A stretch of DNA of 62,005 nucleotides from Candidatus Altiarchaeales archaeon. Its GTDB lineage: Archaea; Altiarchaeota; Altiarchaeia; IMC4; SCGC-AAA252-I15. The notes under the pieces are model-generated. The model worked only from the letters and a program-made list of their open reading frames with translations. It did no database searches and had not been told where the DNA came from. The translations under genes were made by a program, and so were the position numbers. Location of the stretch: assembly GCA_014727915.1 (NCBI GenBank), contig WJMO01000001.1, forward strand, positions 1 to 62,005. The letters are read 5' to 3'. Below, piece by piece: positions 1 to 10,568 of this stretch (position 1 is its first letter; each line of letters starts with the position of its first letter).

Positions 1-1713
1 CAAGAACGCCCTATCACCAGCTGCAGTATTATCCGTACCGCCCAAGACCACGGAGTTAGAACCACTGGCAACATTATCCCCGCCAAGAGCCACACCAATA
101 CCCTGACCAATATAGCCACTAGTCCCCTGGCTCAAATTACCAGTAATATGAACGTTACCATTATTCACCGACGCGTTGCTTGTGATGTTGCCGTTCAAAC
201 CGTACCAGCCGTAGTCGCTGAGGGTGTAGGATCCGGAACCGCCGGTGTCAGCGTCGTCCTGGCAACTCCACGTGCCATCCCCGTCCGACTTAACAACCTG
301 ACCTGAGCCACAGACCACACCATCAGGCATCAACTCACCCATAAACGCTACCCCTGACTGGTTTACTATCAGTTTGGGGGCGCCATCCCAGCCGACCCAG
401 AAGGATTCGTTCATGTTATTCTCTAGGTTTGCGCCGAATACGAAACTGTAATATTGGGTGGCGTTCGCTTGGTAACCGAATGCGGCAGTGCCACCACCAT
501 TAGCGTAGGTCCGGAAACCAATAGCCACAGGCGCAAACTCACCTATTGCAACAGTTTTTGAACCAATGGAAACCCCACCCTCAGTACAGTCATCAACATA
601 CGTTTGATCACCCAAGGCCACACCTGTTGCACAGCTCGCATTAGCCCTGTAACCAGCCGAGAAGCTCCAGTCACCCACGGACAGTGACTCGTATCCGAAG
701 CCTGTTGATGCCCTCCCTGACGCGTTCACCCCATAACCTGCTACGAAAGACCAGGTGCCGTTAGCGAGGTTATCCTCTCCGCCACCCACGGCAGAGTATT
801 TGCCAGAGGCTGTGTTCAAGTAGCCGCAGGACACACAACTGTAATCACCGTAAACGACTTCGTTTTGGGCGCCGCCGCCGATGAAGGAATAATCGCTTGT
901 GACAAGGTTTTTTTCCCCGCCAGCTATCGCCGAATATGACGCGGAAGAACTGACGTTGTTATCCCAGCCCCCGCCGATGAAACTCACACCACCACGGGCT
1001 TCATTATCGTATCCGCCAGTTACAGAAGAGTATATGTCAGCCCTATTCCTAAATCCGGCCACAAAAGCATAACCGTTGGCAGCCAGGTTTCCACCACCCA
1101 ATGCAACAGAGTAAGTGTTGAGAGCCTGGCTTGTACCGCTGCTCAACCTGCCCTCAACGTGGACGTCCCCGTTGTAGATGGACTCGTTCGAAGTGATGTT
1201 ACCATCCTTGAGAACCCAGTAACCCGCACCACCTCCTCCTGCGCTGTCCAACGCGTCCTCCACGGTTGTGATGTTGTCCCTTCTCAACAGCTCGGAAGCG
1301 TCCCTGGGTCCAGCACCTGTCACAAGAATGTTATCCCCGCTGGGGTCCAGGTCGCCGAATGTTATGTCCGGGGCGCTGAAGGACGCGGCGTCCAAGTCCA
1401 CGTCCAATACAAGCTGGTACTGCCAGCCCGGGGTCAGGTTCAGCTCGTTGCTGCTCCCCAACACGAGGTCGAAGACGCCCTGACTGTCAGTGACGTCATT
1501 GAAGGTGTGAGGGCCCCACATTACCTGGTCGAGGCTCGACTCATTCGTTATGTTGATACGCACGGACACGGGATCGTAGGCTTCGCCGGAGGTGTGGTTC
1601 GCGAACTTGCCCTGGAAGCTGATGTACGTGGGAACCTCAAGGGAGAGAACGCATTGTAAGAGAAAAATCAAGACCAACGATGCCAGCAAATAGCGTCTTC
1701 CTATCACATGCAT
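1..1713 (-). CDS. Secreted surface/adhesin protein with YadA-head-like (Hep/Hag) repeats; partial, runs off the left edge
   Basis: Not in ORF track; translated by hand from ATG 1713 (GGGGGT RBS): signal peptide MHVIGRRYLLASLVLIFLLQCVLS, then ISFQGK, then many ~14-aa repeats (YSFIGGGAQNEV, YSAVGGGEDNLANG, NSVVLGGTDNTAAG); frame stays open to position 1 in the segments translated. Confidence 0.8.
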   Translation of the reverse strand, partial: MHVIGRRYLLASLVLIFLLQCVLSLEVPTYISFQGKFANHTSGEAYDPVSVRINITNESSLDQVMWGPHTFNDVTDSQGVFDLVLGSSNELNLTPGWQYQLVLDVDLDAASFSAPDITFGDLDPSGDNILVTGAGPRDASELLRRDNITTVEDALDSAGGGGAGYWVLKDGNITSNESIYNGDVHVEGRLSSGTSQALNTYSVALGGGNLAANGYAFVAGFRNRADIYSSVTGGYDNEARGGVSFIGGGWDNNVSSSASYSAIAGGEKNLVTSDYSFIGGGAQNEVVYGDYSCVSCGYLNTASGKYSAVGGGEDNLANGTWSFVAGYGVNASGRASTGFGYESLSVGDWSFSAGYRANASCATGVALGDQTYVDDCTEGGVSIGSKTVAIGEFAPVAIGFRTYANGGGTAAFGYQANATQYYSFVFGANLENNMNESFWVGWDGAPKLIVNQSGVAFMGELMPDGVVCGSGQVVKSDGDGTWSCQDDADTGGSGSYTLSDYGWYGLNGNITSNASVNNGNVHITGNLSQGTSGYIGQGIGVALGGDNVASGSNSVVLGGTDNTAAGDRAFL

Positions 1714-1798
1714 ACCCCCAGCGGCAGATCACAACCAACCGGTAAGATAGTAATTACTATATATGAGAAGTATATAATAAAAAAAGCCGAAACACTGT

Positions 1799-2365
1799 TC
1801 AAACAAGGAGTTTCAACGCCACAGCCAACGCCCCATCCACCGCCGAAGACTGAGACCCTCCGAAGCCTATGACAGCAACATCGCCGATGGTGAAGTTGAG
1901 ACGATCCAGTTCAAAAATGGAATTCGGATAGTCCGAGAGGTCAAGGTAGGAATCGGGGAAGCGGAGAGCGCCATCGTATACGAGTATTACCGCGCCGTCA
2001 GCCCCCGCGCGCAGGGCAACATCCCTCAACCCCACGCCGGAACCGACGCCTTCGATGGCCGAGGAAACGACCACCAGGGACTTATGGGGAGAGTCAACCA
2101 GGTCGGAGACCTCAACAGACACAGGCTTGGATATCCGCTCCAAAAGCCTCTCAACCTCAACCTCGCCCTTTTCAGTCAGCCTGTGACCCTGTTTGGTGGA
2201 CCCCACCAAACCCTCTGAGGATAGTCGCTTGATTATGGTGCGGACACTGCCCTCACCCACACCCAAGATTTTGACCAGCCGCTTCCTGCCCACAGGCCCC
2301 GAATCCAACAGGAACAACGTCCGAGTCAGATGGACGTCCGAGAAGCTGGGCTCAGCCCCGACCAT
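1799..2365 (-). CDS. Winged-helix protein, DUF4443-like putative regulator
   Basis: GPVGRKRL...GEGSVRTIIKRL HTH; C-terminal LRDVALRAGADGAVIL typical of this archaeal family. Confidence 0.75.
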   Translation of the reverse strand: MVGAEPSFSDVHLTRTLFLLDSGPVGRKRLVKILGVGEGSVRTIIKRLSSEGLVGSTKQGHRLTEKGEVEVERLLERISKPVSVEVSDLVDSPHKSLVVVSSAIEGVGSGVGLRDVALRAGADGAVILVYDGALRFPDSYLDLSDYPNSIFELDRLNFTIGDVAVIGFGGSQSSAVDGALAVALKLLV

Positions 2366-2412
2366 AGTGGATATACCGTTGATTTAAAGAATAAAAGACA
2401 TTTTCTACCTAT

Positions 2413-3396
2413 ATGGCAAGGTCGGTGGGGGTAGACGTCGGGGGAGGCACCACGATATCCGCTCTCGTGGAGGACGGCACGATAATAGAGCAGAGCAGGT
2501 CCGAGACAGGTAAGAACCCCGTTGAAGTCGTGGACGTCATAGTGGAGGAAGTGGATGATGTGCTCGGCAAAGCCGGCATCGGACAAAAGGACATAGAAGG
2601 TGTCGGGGTGGGAGTGCCCGCGTTCAGGAACCCCCGGACAGGACATTACAGGTTCCCCAACATACCCTCAGCAGAGGATGTGGACCTTGAAACCCTCACG
2701 TCCAAGAAGCTGAAAGCACCGTATGTGATCGGGAACGACGCGGACTACACCGCCTACGGGGCGGTAAACCACCTCCAGGAATTCGGCATTTTGAAGGACG
2801 GCATCGGAAGCGAGAGCATGGTGGAACTCGTACTGGTCACATTGGGAACGGGAATCGGCGGGGGCGTGATACTCAAGTGCATGGGAAAGCACATGATACA
2901 ATCAAGTACGGGGGGCCTGACGGAACTGGGGCACATAAAGGTCTCAAGCGAGCCGGAATACCTCTGCGGGTGCGGGGCGGTGGGGTGCGTGGAAGCGACT
3001 TCCAGCTGCACCGGGATAGTGAAGAAGGTGCTAAGGTCGCTGGACAGCAGCCCGGAAGAAGTAAGAAACGCCTTCCCCCGGGGTTTCACCGCCGAGGACG
3101 TGGACAGGCTCTCAGGCATGGACAACACCCTCGCAGAGCAGGTGATGGAATCCGCCGGAAGACACCTCGGACTAGCGTCAGCCAACATAATCAACACATA
3201 CAACCCCAGCGTATTAGCCTATACGGGCGGGGGAGCTAGCAGCAGCCCAGACAGCATATTCTTCACAAACATCCTCTCAACCCTGGAAGCTAACACACTG
3301 CCTGAAGCATGGGAAGCAGTGAAGGTGGTGAAAAACCCGGACGCCAAGAGATACGGCGTATTGGGCGCGGCAGAGGCGGCGCTGAAGCCTTTTTAA
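2413..3396 (+). CDS. ROK family sugar kinase (glucokinase-like)
   Basis: GVDVGGGT, NDAD, TLGTGIGGG, ELGH, CGCGAVGCVE Zn motif. Confidence 0.9.
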   Translation: MARSVGVDVGGGTTISALVEDGTIIEQSRSETGKNPVEVVDVIVEEVDDVLGKAGIGQKDIEGVGVGVPAFRNPRTGHYRFPNIPSAEDVDLETLTSKKLKAPYVIGNDADYTAYGAVNHLQEFGILKDGIGSESMVELVLVTLGTGIGGGVILKCMGKHMIQSSTGGLTELGHIKVSSEPEYLCGCGAVGCVEATSSCTGIVKKVLRSLDSSPEEVRNAFPRGFTAEDVDRLSGMDNTLAEQVMESAGRHLGLASANIINTYNPSVLAYTGGGASSSPDSIFFTNILSTLEANTLPEAWEAVKVVKNPDAKRYGVLGAAEAALKPF

Positions 3397-3430
3397 AGGA
3401 CGACTACGTTATAATAGGAGACAGAATAAG

Positions 3431-3964
3431 ATGGCCAGTCTACGTCCAGCTAAATGCTACAGGTGGGACAGCCCAGCGTACACGAGGGTGTCCAACAACC
3501 CCTCAGACTCTTACATAACAGGTATTCCTGGGTCGAAGATCATACACTACGACATGGGCAACCCCACGGGAGACTTCAACACCAAGGTGGAGATAGTATA
3601 CAATGACAAGTGCCAGGTGAGGCACAACGCATTGGAGGCCACTAGAATCCTCGTGCAGAAGAGGCTGGAGAAGCTCGTGGGAGTCACAAACTACCATTTC
3701 AAGGTTAACGTGTTCCCACACCATGTGATGAGGGAGAACGTCCAGGCCTCCGGCGCCGGCGCAGACCGCGTCTCAGAGGGGATGAGGAGGTCCTATGGGA
3801 AGCCCATCGGACGAGCCGCCAGGCTGAAGCCCGGTCAGGCGCTGTTCACCGTGAGATTCAACAAGACCGACACCAGGTTGAAGACCATAAAGAAGGCTTT
3901 GAGGCTGGCTTCCAACAAGCTGCCAGGAGACAAGTCGGTTATCGTGTCAGAACTGAAAAAATGA
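3431..3964 (+). CDS. rpl10e: 50S ribosomal protein L10e (uL16)
   Basis: LRPAKCYR, QVRHNALEA, FPHHVMREN, GAGADRVSEGMRRSYGKPIG. Confidence 0.97.
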   Translation: MASLRPAKCYRWDSPAYTRVSNNPSDSYITGIPGSKIIHYDMGNPTGDFNTKVEIVYNDKCQVRHNALEATRILVQKRLEKLVGVTNYHFKVNVFPHHVMRENVQASGAGADRVSEGMRRSYGKPIGRAARLKPGQALFTVRFNKTDTRLKTIKKALRLASNKLPGDKSVIVSELKK

Positions 3965-4233
3965 GCGACTGGAACGTTGTGGCGAAGCTGAGGATAATGC
4001 CCGAGGGCGTTGACGTCGACCTAGGGAAGATACAGGAGAAGGTGAAAGAGGTCGCGGGCGACAAATGCGAAGTGCACAGCATCGAGGAGAAGCCCATCGC
4101 CTTCGGACTCGTCGCATTGGAGGTCAACCTCCTGTTGAACGACAGGCAGGGCGGGATGGACGAGGTGCAGGAGAAGATCTCCGCCATCGAAGGCGTTAGC
4201 GAAGCCGAAGTCGTGGACTTGAACCGACTCTGA
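3961..4233 (+). CDS. ef1b: Elongation factor 1-beta
   Basis: LRIMPEGVDVDL...EEKPIAFGLVAL; 90 aa; ATGA overlap with rpl10e. Confidence 0.95.
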   Translation: MSDWNVVAKLRIMPEGVDVDLGKIQEKVKEVAGDKCEVHSIEEKPIAFGLVALEVNLLLNDRQGGMDEVQEKISAIEGVSEAEVVDLNRL

Positions 4234-4286
4234 GTTAATTAACCATTTCTCTCTAAATCTTAGATGTTCAACAGCCTTAGGATTGC

Positions 4287-4973
4287 ATGATGAAGGTCAG
4301 CGTTGTCGTTCCCACCTACAACGAGCGAGAGAACATGGAGGAACTCGTCGCGAGGGTGGACGCGGCCATGTCAGGCTCGGACTATGAGATCGTCGTCGTC
4401 GATGACAGCAGCCCCGACGGCACGGGCGACAAAGTCAGAGAACTGTCAGAGGAATATCCTGTGAGGTTGATACTGAGGGAGACGGAGAGGGGGCTCGCCA
4501 CGGCAGTGGTCCGGGGAATATACGAGTCAGCCGGTGACGTTATCGCTGTCATGGACGCGGACCTGAGCCACAAGCCCGAATACCTCAGTGAGATGGTGGA
4601 AAGGGCCGGGGAGTGTGATGTGGTGGTCGGCAGCAGATACGTGAAGGGCGGGTCGGTTAAGGGCTGGCCCCTCGCCAGGCGTGTCATATCATATTCGGCG
4701 CTCCTCCTGGCCAAACCCCTAACCAGGGTCAGAGACCCGGTATCCGGGTTCTTCCTCTTCAAGAGAGAGGTCGTCGAAGGGGTTGAGCTGAAGCCCACCG
4801 GGTACAAGATACTGCTTGAGCTGCTCGTTAAAGGCAACTATGAGCGGGTGTGTGAGGTGCCCATCGAATTCGGGGACAGGACACGGGGGAAGTCGAAGAT
4901 AACGCACAACACCTGCCTCAACTATCTGAGGCACATCATGTCACTGTACAAGCACAGGATATTGGGGCATTAG
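4287..4973 (+). CDS. GT2 polyprenol/dolichol-phosphate mannosyltransferase-like
   Basis: VVVPTYNE, VDDSSPDGT, MDADLSH, GSRY, DPVSGFF. Confidence 0.9.
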   Translation: MMKVSVVVPTYNERENMEELVARVDAAMSGSDYEIVVVDDSSPDGTGDKVRELSEEYPVRLILRETERGLATAVVRGIYESAGDVIAVMDADLSHKPEYLSEMVERAGECDVVVGSRYVKGGSVKGWPLARRVISYSALLLAKPLTRVRDPVSGFFLFKREVVEGVELKPTGYKILLELLVKGNYERVCEVPIEFGDRTRGKSKITHNTCLNYLRHIMSLYKHRILGH

Positions 4974-5386
4974 ACTCTGACCCCCTCGACCAGAAGCCTA
5001 CCCTCATACGAGCCTGAACCGGACGAGGGAACGTCCACCCTCAAACCTATTTCCCGGACTTCACCCCCGTCAAGGATGAACCCGTCCTCCTCCAGGGAAG
5101 CCCATCCAGTATCCGCCAAAGAACCTTCGAGAGACAGCCTTATGCTGCGGACGTCGGTGCTGTTGTTCGATACGGGAACCGAACCGGTTATGTAACGGCC
5201 CGGCTCCACCCTGAGGAAGACGTTGTTGCCTTCGGCGTGGGCGCTGGTCTCCGCGGACACGTTCAAGTAGATGTTGAAGACGGTCTCATGGCGGTCTCGG
5301 GAGACTGCATAGTTGCCGAAGCCGATGATGAACAGAAGGACTGCAATAGCCAGGAGAGTTTCGGCCCGGGACCGCATGACATCCAT
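4970..5386 (-). CDS. Membrane-anchored hypothetical protein (Ig-like beta domain)
   Basis: N-terminal hydrophobic helix followed by beta-rich domain ending VDVPSSGSGSYEGRLLV. Confidence 0.6.
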   Translation of the reverse strand: MDVMRSRAETLLAIAVLLFIIGFGNYAVSRDRHETVFNIYLNVSAETSAHAEGNNVFLRVEPGRYITGSVPVSNNSTDVRSIRLSLEGSLADTGWASLEEDGFILDGGEVREIGLRVDVPSSGSGSYEGRLLVEGVRV

Positions 5387-5430
5387 CTTTTAGAAGAGTA
5401 TTCTTTTTAAATGAGTAATAACTTGCTAGG

Positions 5431-6441
5431 ATGAGGATACTCATACACTCCTATTTCTTCCCTGGACTGGGCGGGATACTGGAGTTCACAGCCATGATGG
5501 CCGAGGAGTTCACGAGAGAAGGACACGAGGTCAGGTTGTGGGCGCCCAACAGCGGAGAGTGGAGTGACAGCTACGGGTATGAAGTGCACAGGAAACCCGG
5601 GATTTTGAAGGCGTTGGATCTGGCAAGATGGTCTGACGTATGCCTCCAGGTGGACACGATAAAGTTGAAGGCAGCGCTGCCACTGATGGCATACCACCGT
5701 CCTCTGGCGGTGAACCACCAGAAGTTCATGAGCTGGGAGCGGAGGGGGCTGGACTTCAGGCCTGCATTGAAGAAGGCGATGTTGAAGCATGCCAGGAACA
5801 TCTGCATAAGCAGGGCGGTTGCGGAGAACGTCCCGGCGGAGTCAACGATAATACCCAACCCCTACGATGACGAAGTCTTCAAAGAATACCCCGACGTCGG
5901 ACGAGACCAGGATCTCGTGTTCGTCGGGCGCCTTGAGGGGGAGAAGGGGGCGGAAGACCTGCTGAACGCGGTGGCAGCGCTGGGCGAGAAGGATATAAGG
6001 CCCTCGTTGACGATAGTGGGGGCCGGGTCGGAGGAGGGCATGCTGAGGGCATTAGCAGGAGACCTAGAACTCGGCGGGCAGGTCAGCTTCAAAGGCTGCG
6101 TGAGGGGCGAGGAGCTCGCAAGTGTATTGAACAGCCACAGGGTAATGGTGGTGCCCTCCAGGTGGGAGGAACCCTTCGGCATAGTCGCTTTGGAGGGGAT
6201 AGCCTGCGGGTGCGCGGTCGTCGGAAGCCGGGGAGGCGGTCTCAGAGACGCCATAGGACCCTGCGGGGTGACATATGAGAACGGGAACGTCGGGAAGCTC
6301 ACAGCCGCATTGGAAGGGCTGCTGACGGACCCCGGAGAGGTCAGGAGATGCCGTGAGAGAGCGGGCGAACACCTGGAAAGGCACAGGAAGAAGAACATCG
6401 CAAGAGAGTATCTGAAGGTGTTCGAGGAGATGGTCAGGTGA
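5431..6441 (+). CDS. GT4 glycosyltransferase
   Basis: FVGRL..EKG, VPSRWEEPFGIVALEGIACG. Confidence 0.92.
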   Translation: MRILIHSYFFPGLGGILEFTAMMAEEFTREGHEVRLWAPNSGEWSDSYGYEVHRKPGILKALDLARWSDVCLQVDTIKLKAALPLMAYHRPLAVNHQKFMSWERRGLDFRPALKKAMLKHARNICISRAVAENVPAESTIIPNPYDDEVFKEYPDVGRDQDLVFVGRLEGEKGAEDLLNAVAALGEKDIRPSLTIVGAGSEEGMLRALAGDLELGGQVSFKGCVRGEELASVLNSHRVMVVPSRWEEPFGIVALEGIACGCAVVGSRGGGLRDAIGPCGVTYENGNVGKLTAALEGLLTDPGEVRRCRERAGEHLERHRKKNIAREYLKVFEEMVR

Positions 6442-8266
6442 ACCTCTGCTCCCCCCAGTACATGCTGAACCGGCCCCCCAGCTCCAGAAGCTCGTCCAAG
6501 GTTCCCTCCTCAACTACCCGCCCGTCCTCGACGACCACTATCCGGTCAGCGTTCCTTATGGTCGAGAGACGATGAGCGATGACGATGGCGGTCTTGTCCT
6601 TGAGTATCTCGTCGATGGCCTCCTGGACCAGCTTCTCCGTCTTGGAGTCGAGGGAGCTTGTCGCCTCGTCGAATATCACTATGTCCGCGTCCTTCAGCAT
6701 CGCACGGGCGATGGAAACCCTCTGCCTCTCACCGCCCGACAGCTGAACGCCCCTGTCACCCACGTAAGTGTCGAAGCCATCCTCCAAGCCCGCGATGAAA
6801 TCGTATAACCGCGCCTTCTTCGAAACTGAGACTAGCTCGTCGTCGGAGACCTCGCGTTCAAGGCCGTAGACTATGTTATACCTTATGGTGTCGTTGAAGA
6901 GCATGGTGTCCTGGCTCACCAACGCGATGCGCCTGCGGAGGGAAGCCACATCGTATTCCCTGATGTCCACCCCATCCAGGAATATCGAATCCGGAGGGCA
7001 GTCGTAGAATCGGAGCAGAAGGCTGACGACGGTCGTCTTCCCGGAACCTGTCGAACCGACCAACGCGGTAACCTCCCCTTTTCTTATCTTGAAGGACACG
7101 CCCTCCAGCACGTCCCTCCCAAACCCGTAGGAGTATGTGAGGCCCTTGAACTCCACACCTTCGGACAGCCCTGTGAAGTCGCGGTCTCCGCCTTCCACCA
7201 TGTATTTGCCGTCCTCATCCAATACCTGGGAAACCTCCGCTATGTGTCCGCTCAACATGGCCAGGTGAGCCCGCAGCCTGTTAAGGAAGCCCAAGGTGGT
7301 GGACGACCTCTTGAGCAGGTAGAAGTAGACCAGGAAGCCCGCGACGTTCGTGGACATCCCCGAAGAGACCATGTAGCCCATCACAATAACCAGCAAGACG
7401 ACCATGACAAGGACTATGATCTCTTGGAGGGGGTTGATGAGCTCCGACTTCCTGTTCACACTGTATTCCAGGTCAGCCACCCGGTCGCTTAGCTCCTCGA
7501 ACCTCCTCTGCTCATAGTCCTCCGCAACATAGGATTTGACGAGCGGCATGCACGTGAGCGTGTTGAACACCCTCCTGCTCAGGTCCGCCTTGGACTTCGT
7601 ATAAGACTTGGAAGTCCTCTCGATCCGCTCTATAAGCGACTTCATCGAAAAGTGCAGGACAGGGAATATCAACAGTATGAGGAGGGTGATCTTCCAGGAG
7701 ATGAACAGCATCAGCAGGAAGTACAACAGCAGCGAAAGGCACCAGTGGATGAAGCTCTGGACCATAAGAGTCCTATAAAGCATTATGTGCAGTGTGTGGA
7801 GCAGGGTGTTCTGCAGCTCTCCCTGGTTGGATATGTCAAAGTAGAACTTCCCAAAGCCCAGATACCTCTTGAATAGCAGCTTGCGCATGTTGTTGAACAG
7901 GAGGATGACCTGCTTCGAGAATATGATGTAGGACGTGTAGTTGAAGAAGGTCTTCACTATCATAGCGGAGAACATTACAGAGAGCATGAAGAGGAACATG
8001 GTGGTGTCCGACTCCCTTAGGGAAGGCATGAAGCTTGTGAGGAAGGAGAGCACACCCTCCCCCGACACCTTAGAGAAGTCCATTGTCATCACCCCCTCCG
8101 CAAAGGGTATCAGCAACGCTATGCTGAGGCCCTCCAGGGAGGCGGCGACCACCGAGAGAACCGAAGACAGCAGTATCAGGGGCATGTTCAGGTCGAACCT
8201 CGACAGGAAATCCCTCGTCCTCAGGACGTTCGAGACCAGCGCTCCAATACCCCTCTCATCAGCCAT
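6434..8266 (-). CDS. ABC exporter (fused TMD+NBD), MsbA/PglK-like putative lipid-linked glycan flippase
   Basis: TM helices, GSTGSGKT, LSGGERQR, FDEATSSLD, IAHRLST; lies among glycosyltransferases. Confidence 0.88.
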   Translation of the reverse strand: MADERGIGALVSNVLRTRDFLSRFDLNMPLILLSSVLSVVAASLEGLSIALLIPFAEGVMTMDFSKVSGEGVLSFLTSFMPSLRESDTTMFLFMLSVMFSAMIVKTFFNYTSYIIFSKQVILLFNNMRKLLFKRYLGFGKFYFDISNQGELQNTLLHTLHIMLYRTLMVQSFIHWCLSLLLYFLLMLFISWKITLLILLIFPVLHFSMKSLIERIERTSKSYTKSKADLSRRVFNTLTCMPLVKSYVAEDYEQRRFEELSDRVADLEYSVNRKSELINPLQEIIVLVMVVLLVIVMGYMVSSGMSTNVAGFLVYFYLLKRSSTTLGFLNRLRAHLAMLSGHIAEVSQVLDEDGKYMVEGGDRDFTGLSEGVEFKGLTYSYGFGRDVLEGVSFKIRKGEVTALVGSTGSGKTTVVSLLLRFYDCPPDSIFLDGVDIREYDVASLRRRIALVSQDTMLFNDTIRYNIVYGLEREVSDDELVSVSKKARLYDFIAGLEDGFDTYVGDRGVQLSGGERQRVSIARAMLKDADIVIFDEATSSLDSKTEKLVQEAIDEILKDKTAIVIAHRLSTIRNADRIVVVEDGRVVEEGTLDELLELGGRFSMYWGEQRFT

Positions 8267-8277
8267 TTTTTCCTAAA

Positions 8278-9390
8278 TTATTCTTGGTTTTTTTTAAATA
8301 GTTTGAAGTCCATCGTCTTCTCTTCCACGTAGGACCTCAGCTTTTCCTTGAAAGGCCCGACACTGTACTGTAGAGCGTTATTCCTTATAACATCAGGGTC
8401 GAAGTCGAGGTTCTGAAACCTGCGCACGGCCTCGGCGAGGGCATCCCCCGTCTGCTCCTTGAAGAACACGCCGGTAACACCGTCTACCACGTGCTCGGCC
8501 GCACCTCCCATACCGTATGCTATCACAGGCTTCCCGCATGACTGAGCCTCCAATGACGTGTTACCCCAGTCTTCCAGCTGGGGGAATACAAGGGCCTTGC
8601 AGCCCTGGTACAGGCCTGGCAGGTGTTCGTCTGGCACGTGCCCGATCATTTCGACGTTTGGCCGTGCGAGCCTGCGGAGTCTTTCGTATTCGGGGCCGTC
8701 ACCGGCGACCTTCAAGGGCAGGCCCATTCTGTTGAATGCTTCCACTGCAAGGTCCGCCCTCTTATAGGGTGTGAGCCTCGAAACAAGTAGATAATAGTCC
8801 CCTTCCTTTTTTGAGATTTTGAACCGGTCAGTGTCCACCGGGGGGTGGATGACCGTGGAATCGCGGTTGTAGCATTTTTTTATCCTCTCGCGCACGTGCT
8901 CCGAGTTGGCTATGTAATGGTCCGGGCGGCCGGCGGTCCGCAGGTCCCACCACTTCAACAGGTCGAATAATATGCGGGAGAAGAATTTCACCGCCTGGTT
9001 CTTACCCCGCAGGTGTGGTTCGCGCATGTCGTATGCGAACCTCATTGGGGTGTGGCAGTAGCATATGTGGCATGTGTCCTCTTCCGTCTTCAGAGAGTTG
9101 GACCATGCCCAGCTGCTGGTCAGCACGGCATCGTATCCGCTCAGCCTTATAGACCTCACAGCCAATGGGAAGAGTGGAAGAAAGTATATGTGGTTTTTTT
9201 TAAGCAGGGGAATCTTGTCCAGGAAGGTGGACCTCACGTCCAAGCCCATCTCCCCTGTCTTCTCAGGGTCGTGGAAGAGCATGTAAACCGGGGCTTCGGG
9301 GTATATCTGGTGGACCGCATTCAACCAAACGTTCCCCCCGCCGTCGTGGATGTGGTAGTCGTGGACTATCGCTATCTTCAACTCACGCAC
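8278..9390 (-). CDS. GT4 glycosyltransferase (mannosyltransferase-like)
   Basis: IAIVHDY, YCHTPMRFAYD, VSRLTPYKR, EDWGNTSLEAQSCG. Confidence 0.92.
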   Translation of the reverse strand: MRELKIAIVHDYHIHDGGGNVWLNAVHQIYPEAPVYMLFHDPEKTGEMGLDVRSTFLDKIPLLKKNHIYFLPLFPLAVRSIRLSGYDAVLTSSWAWSNSLKTEEDTCHICYCHTPMRFAYDMREPHLRGKNQAVKFFSRILFDLLKWWDLRTAGRPDHYIANSEHVRERIKKCYNRDSTVIHPPVDTDRFKISKKEGDYYLLVSRLTPYKRADLAVEAFNRMGLPLKVAGDGPEYERLRRLARPNVEMIGHVPDEHLPGLYQGCKALVFPQLEDWGNTSLEAQSCGKPVIAYGMGGAAEHVVDGVTGVFFKEQTGDALAEAVRRFQNLDFDPDVIRNNALQYSVGPFKEKLRSYVEEKTMDFKLFKKNQE

Positions 9391-10568
9391 CCCCTGAAAA
9401 CTTCCTCTATCTCCCTGGTCCTTATACTAATGTCGAACGAGTCCTCCGCCCTTGACCTGGCTTTTTCCGCGAGAGACTTCATGCGATTGGGTTCTGATAG
9501 CAGGTCGAGTATGGCTTCGGCCATTAGTCCGGGTTCGGACGGTTCGACCAGCACGCCCGCATCTTCTGTTATGATCTCGAGAGGGCCGCCGATGTTCGTT
9601 GATATCACCGGCTTCCCTGAGGCCATCGCCTCCACCACGTCTCTGCCAAAGGGTTCCGGCAGGTTGGAGGCGTGCACCACCAGGTCGGATGCGGCATAAA
9701 CCCCGGGCATGTCATCCCTGAACCCCAGGAAAAAAACATTGTCCAAATGCATTTCTTCGGCCAGCTCTCTGCACTCCCGCTCGTAATCTTCCCTGCCAAA
9801 TAGAGGCCCTCCGACTATCAGGAACGCGACGTCGTCCCGTTCTTCACTGACTCTGGCAGCGGCTTCGATGAAGTCCCTCTGACCCTTCCACGGCTCCAGC
9901 CGACCCACCAGCGAGACGACATCCTTGCCTTCAAGTCCGAGTTCAGCCCTCAGTCGGCTGCCGTCGGCACCCGGTTTGAACCGTTCCAGGTCGACTCCAT
10001 TGTATACGAGATCCGCCCTGTCCGTTCCTGCGTCCGTGAGTTTCTGGTATTGTCTCCTAACCTCGTCCGAAACTGCTATGACCCTGGACACTCCCGCTGT
10101 CAGCAACTTCACCGCTGTCAGGGAGTATCCGCTGTAGAACTGTTGTGTGAGGCAGTCCCTCAGTATCCACACGGACTTCGCCCCAGCCAGCCGGGCTGGA
10201 CAGACTCCAATGCATGCGGATTTGACGCTGTTGAAGCAGAGGATATCCGCCTCGTAATCCTTGAGGGCTTTGTAGAGATCAAACATCGAATCAGGTAGCG
10301 CGAAAGCGGAGGCGATCATCGATGATATGCTGTTCCTCCGCTGTGGGTCCCTCTTCAAAGACCTGAGCTTTTCGGGTATGTTCAGGACTCTGACTTCTAA
10401 TCCGAGCTCCTCGGCCTTTTCTTTGAAGGGCCCTTCGCACCCCAGCAGTAGGAGAGGTTCGAAATCGCCCCTGTCGAGGTTTCGTAGCAGCTCGTAGAGT
10501 GAGAACTCCCCGCCTCCAAGCTCCGCCTGATGGTCGAAGAACAAAACCCTAATCTTTTCTGAGCTCAT
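9378..10568 (-). CDS. GT4 glycosyltransferase
   Basis: GGGEFSL, VGRLEPWKGQ, PEPFGRDVVEAMASG. Confidence 0.92.
   Translation of the reverse strand: MSSEKIRVLFFDHQAELGGGEFSLYELLRNLDRGDFEPLLLLGCEGPFKEKAEELGLEVRVLNIPEKLRSLKRDPQRRNSISSMIASAFALPDSMFDLYKALKDYEADILCFNSVKSACIGVCPARLAGAKSVWILRDCLTQQFYSGYSLTAVKLLTAGVSRVIAVSDEVRRQYQKLTDAGTDRADLVYNGVDLERFKPGADGSRLRAELGLEGKDVVSLVGRLEPWKGQRDFIEAAARVSEERDDVAFLIVGGPLFGREDYERECRELAEEMHLDNVFFLGFRDDMPGVYAASDLVVHASNLPEPFGRDVVEAMASGKPVISTNIGGPLEIITEDAGVLVEPSEPGLMAEAILDLLSEPNRMKSLAEKARSRAEDSFDISIRTREIEEVFRGCVS

Noticed and set aside
1159-1659. Plus-strand ORFs of 166 and 71 aa
   Set aside because: Antisense to the adhesin frame, which has a signal peptide and coherent repeats.
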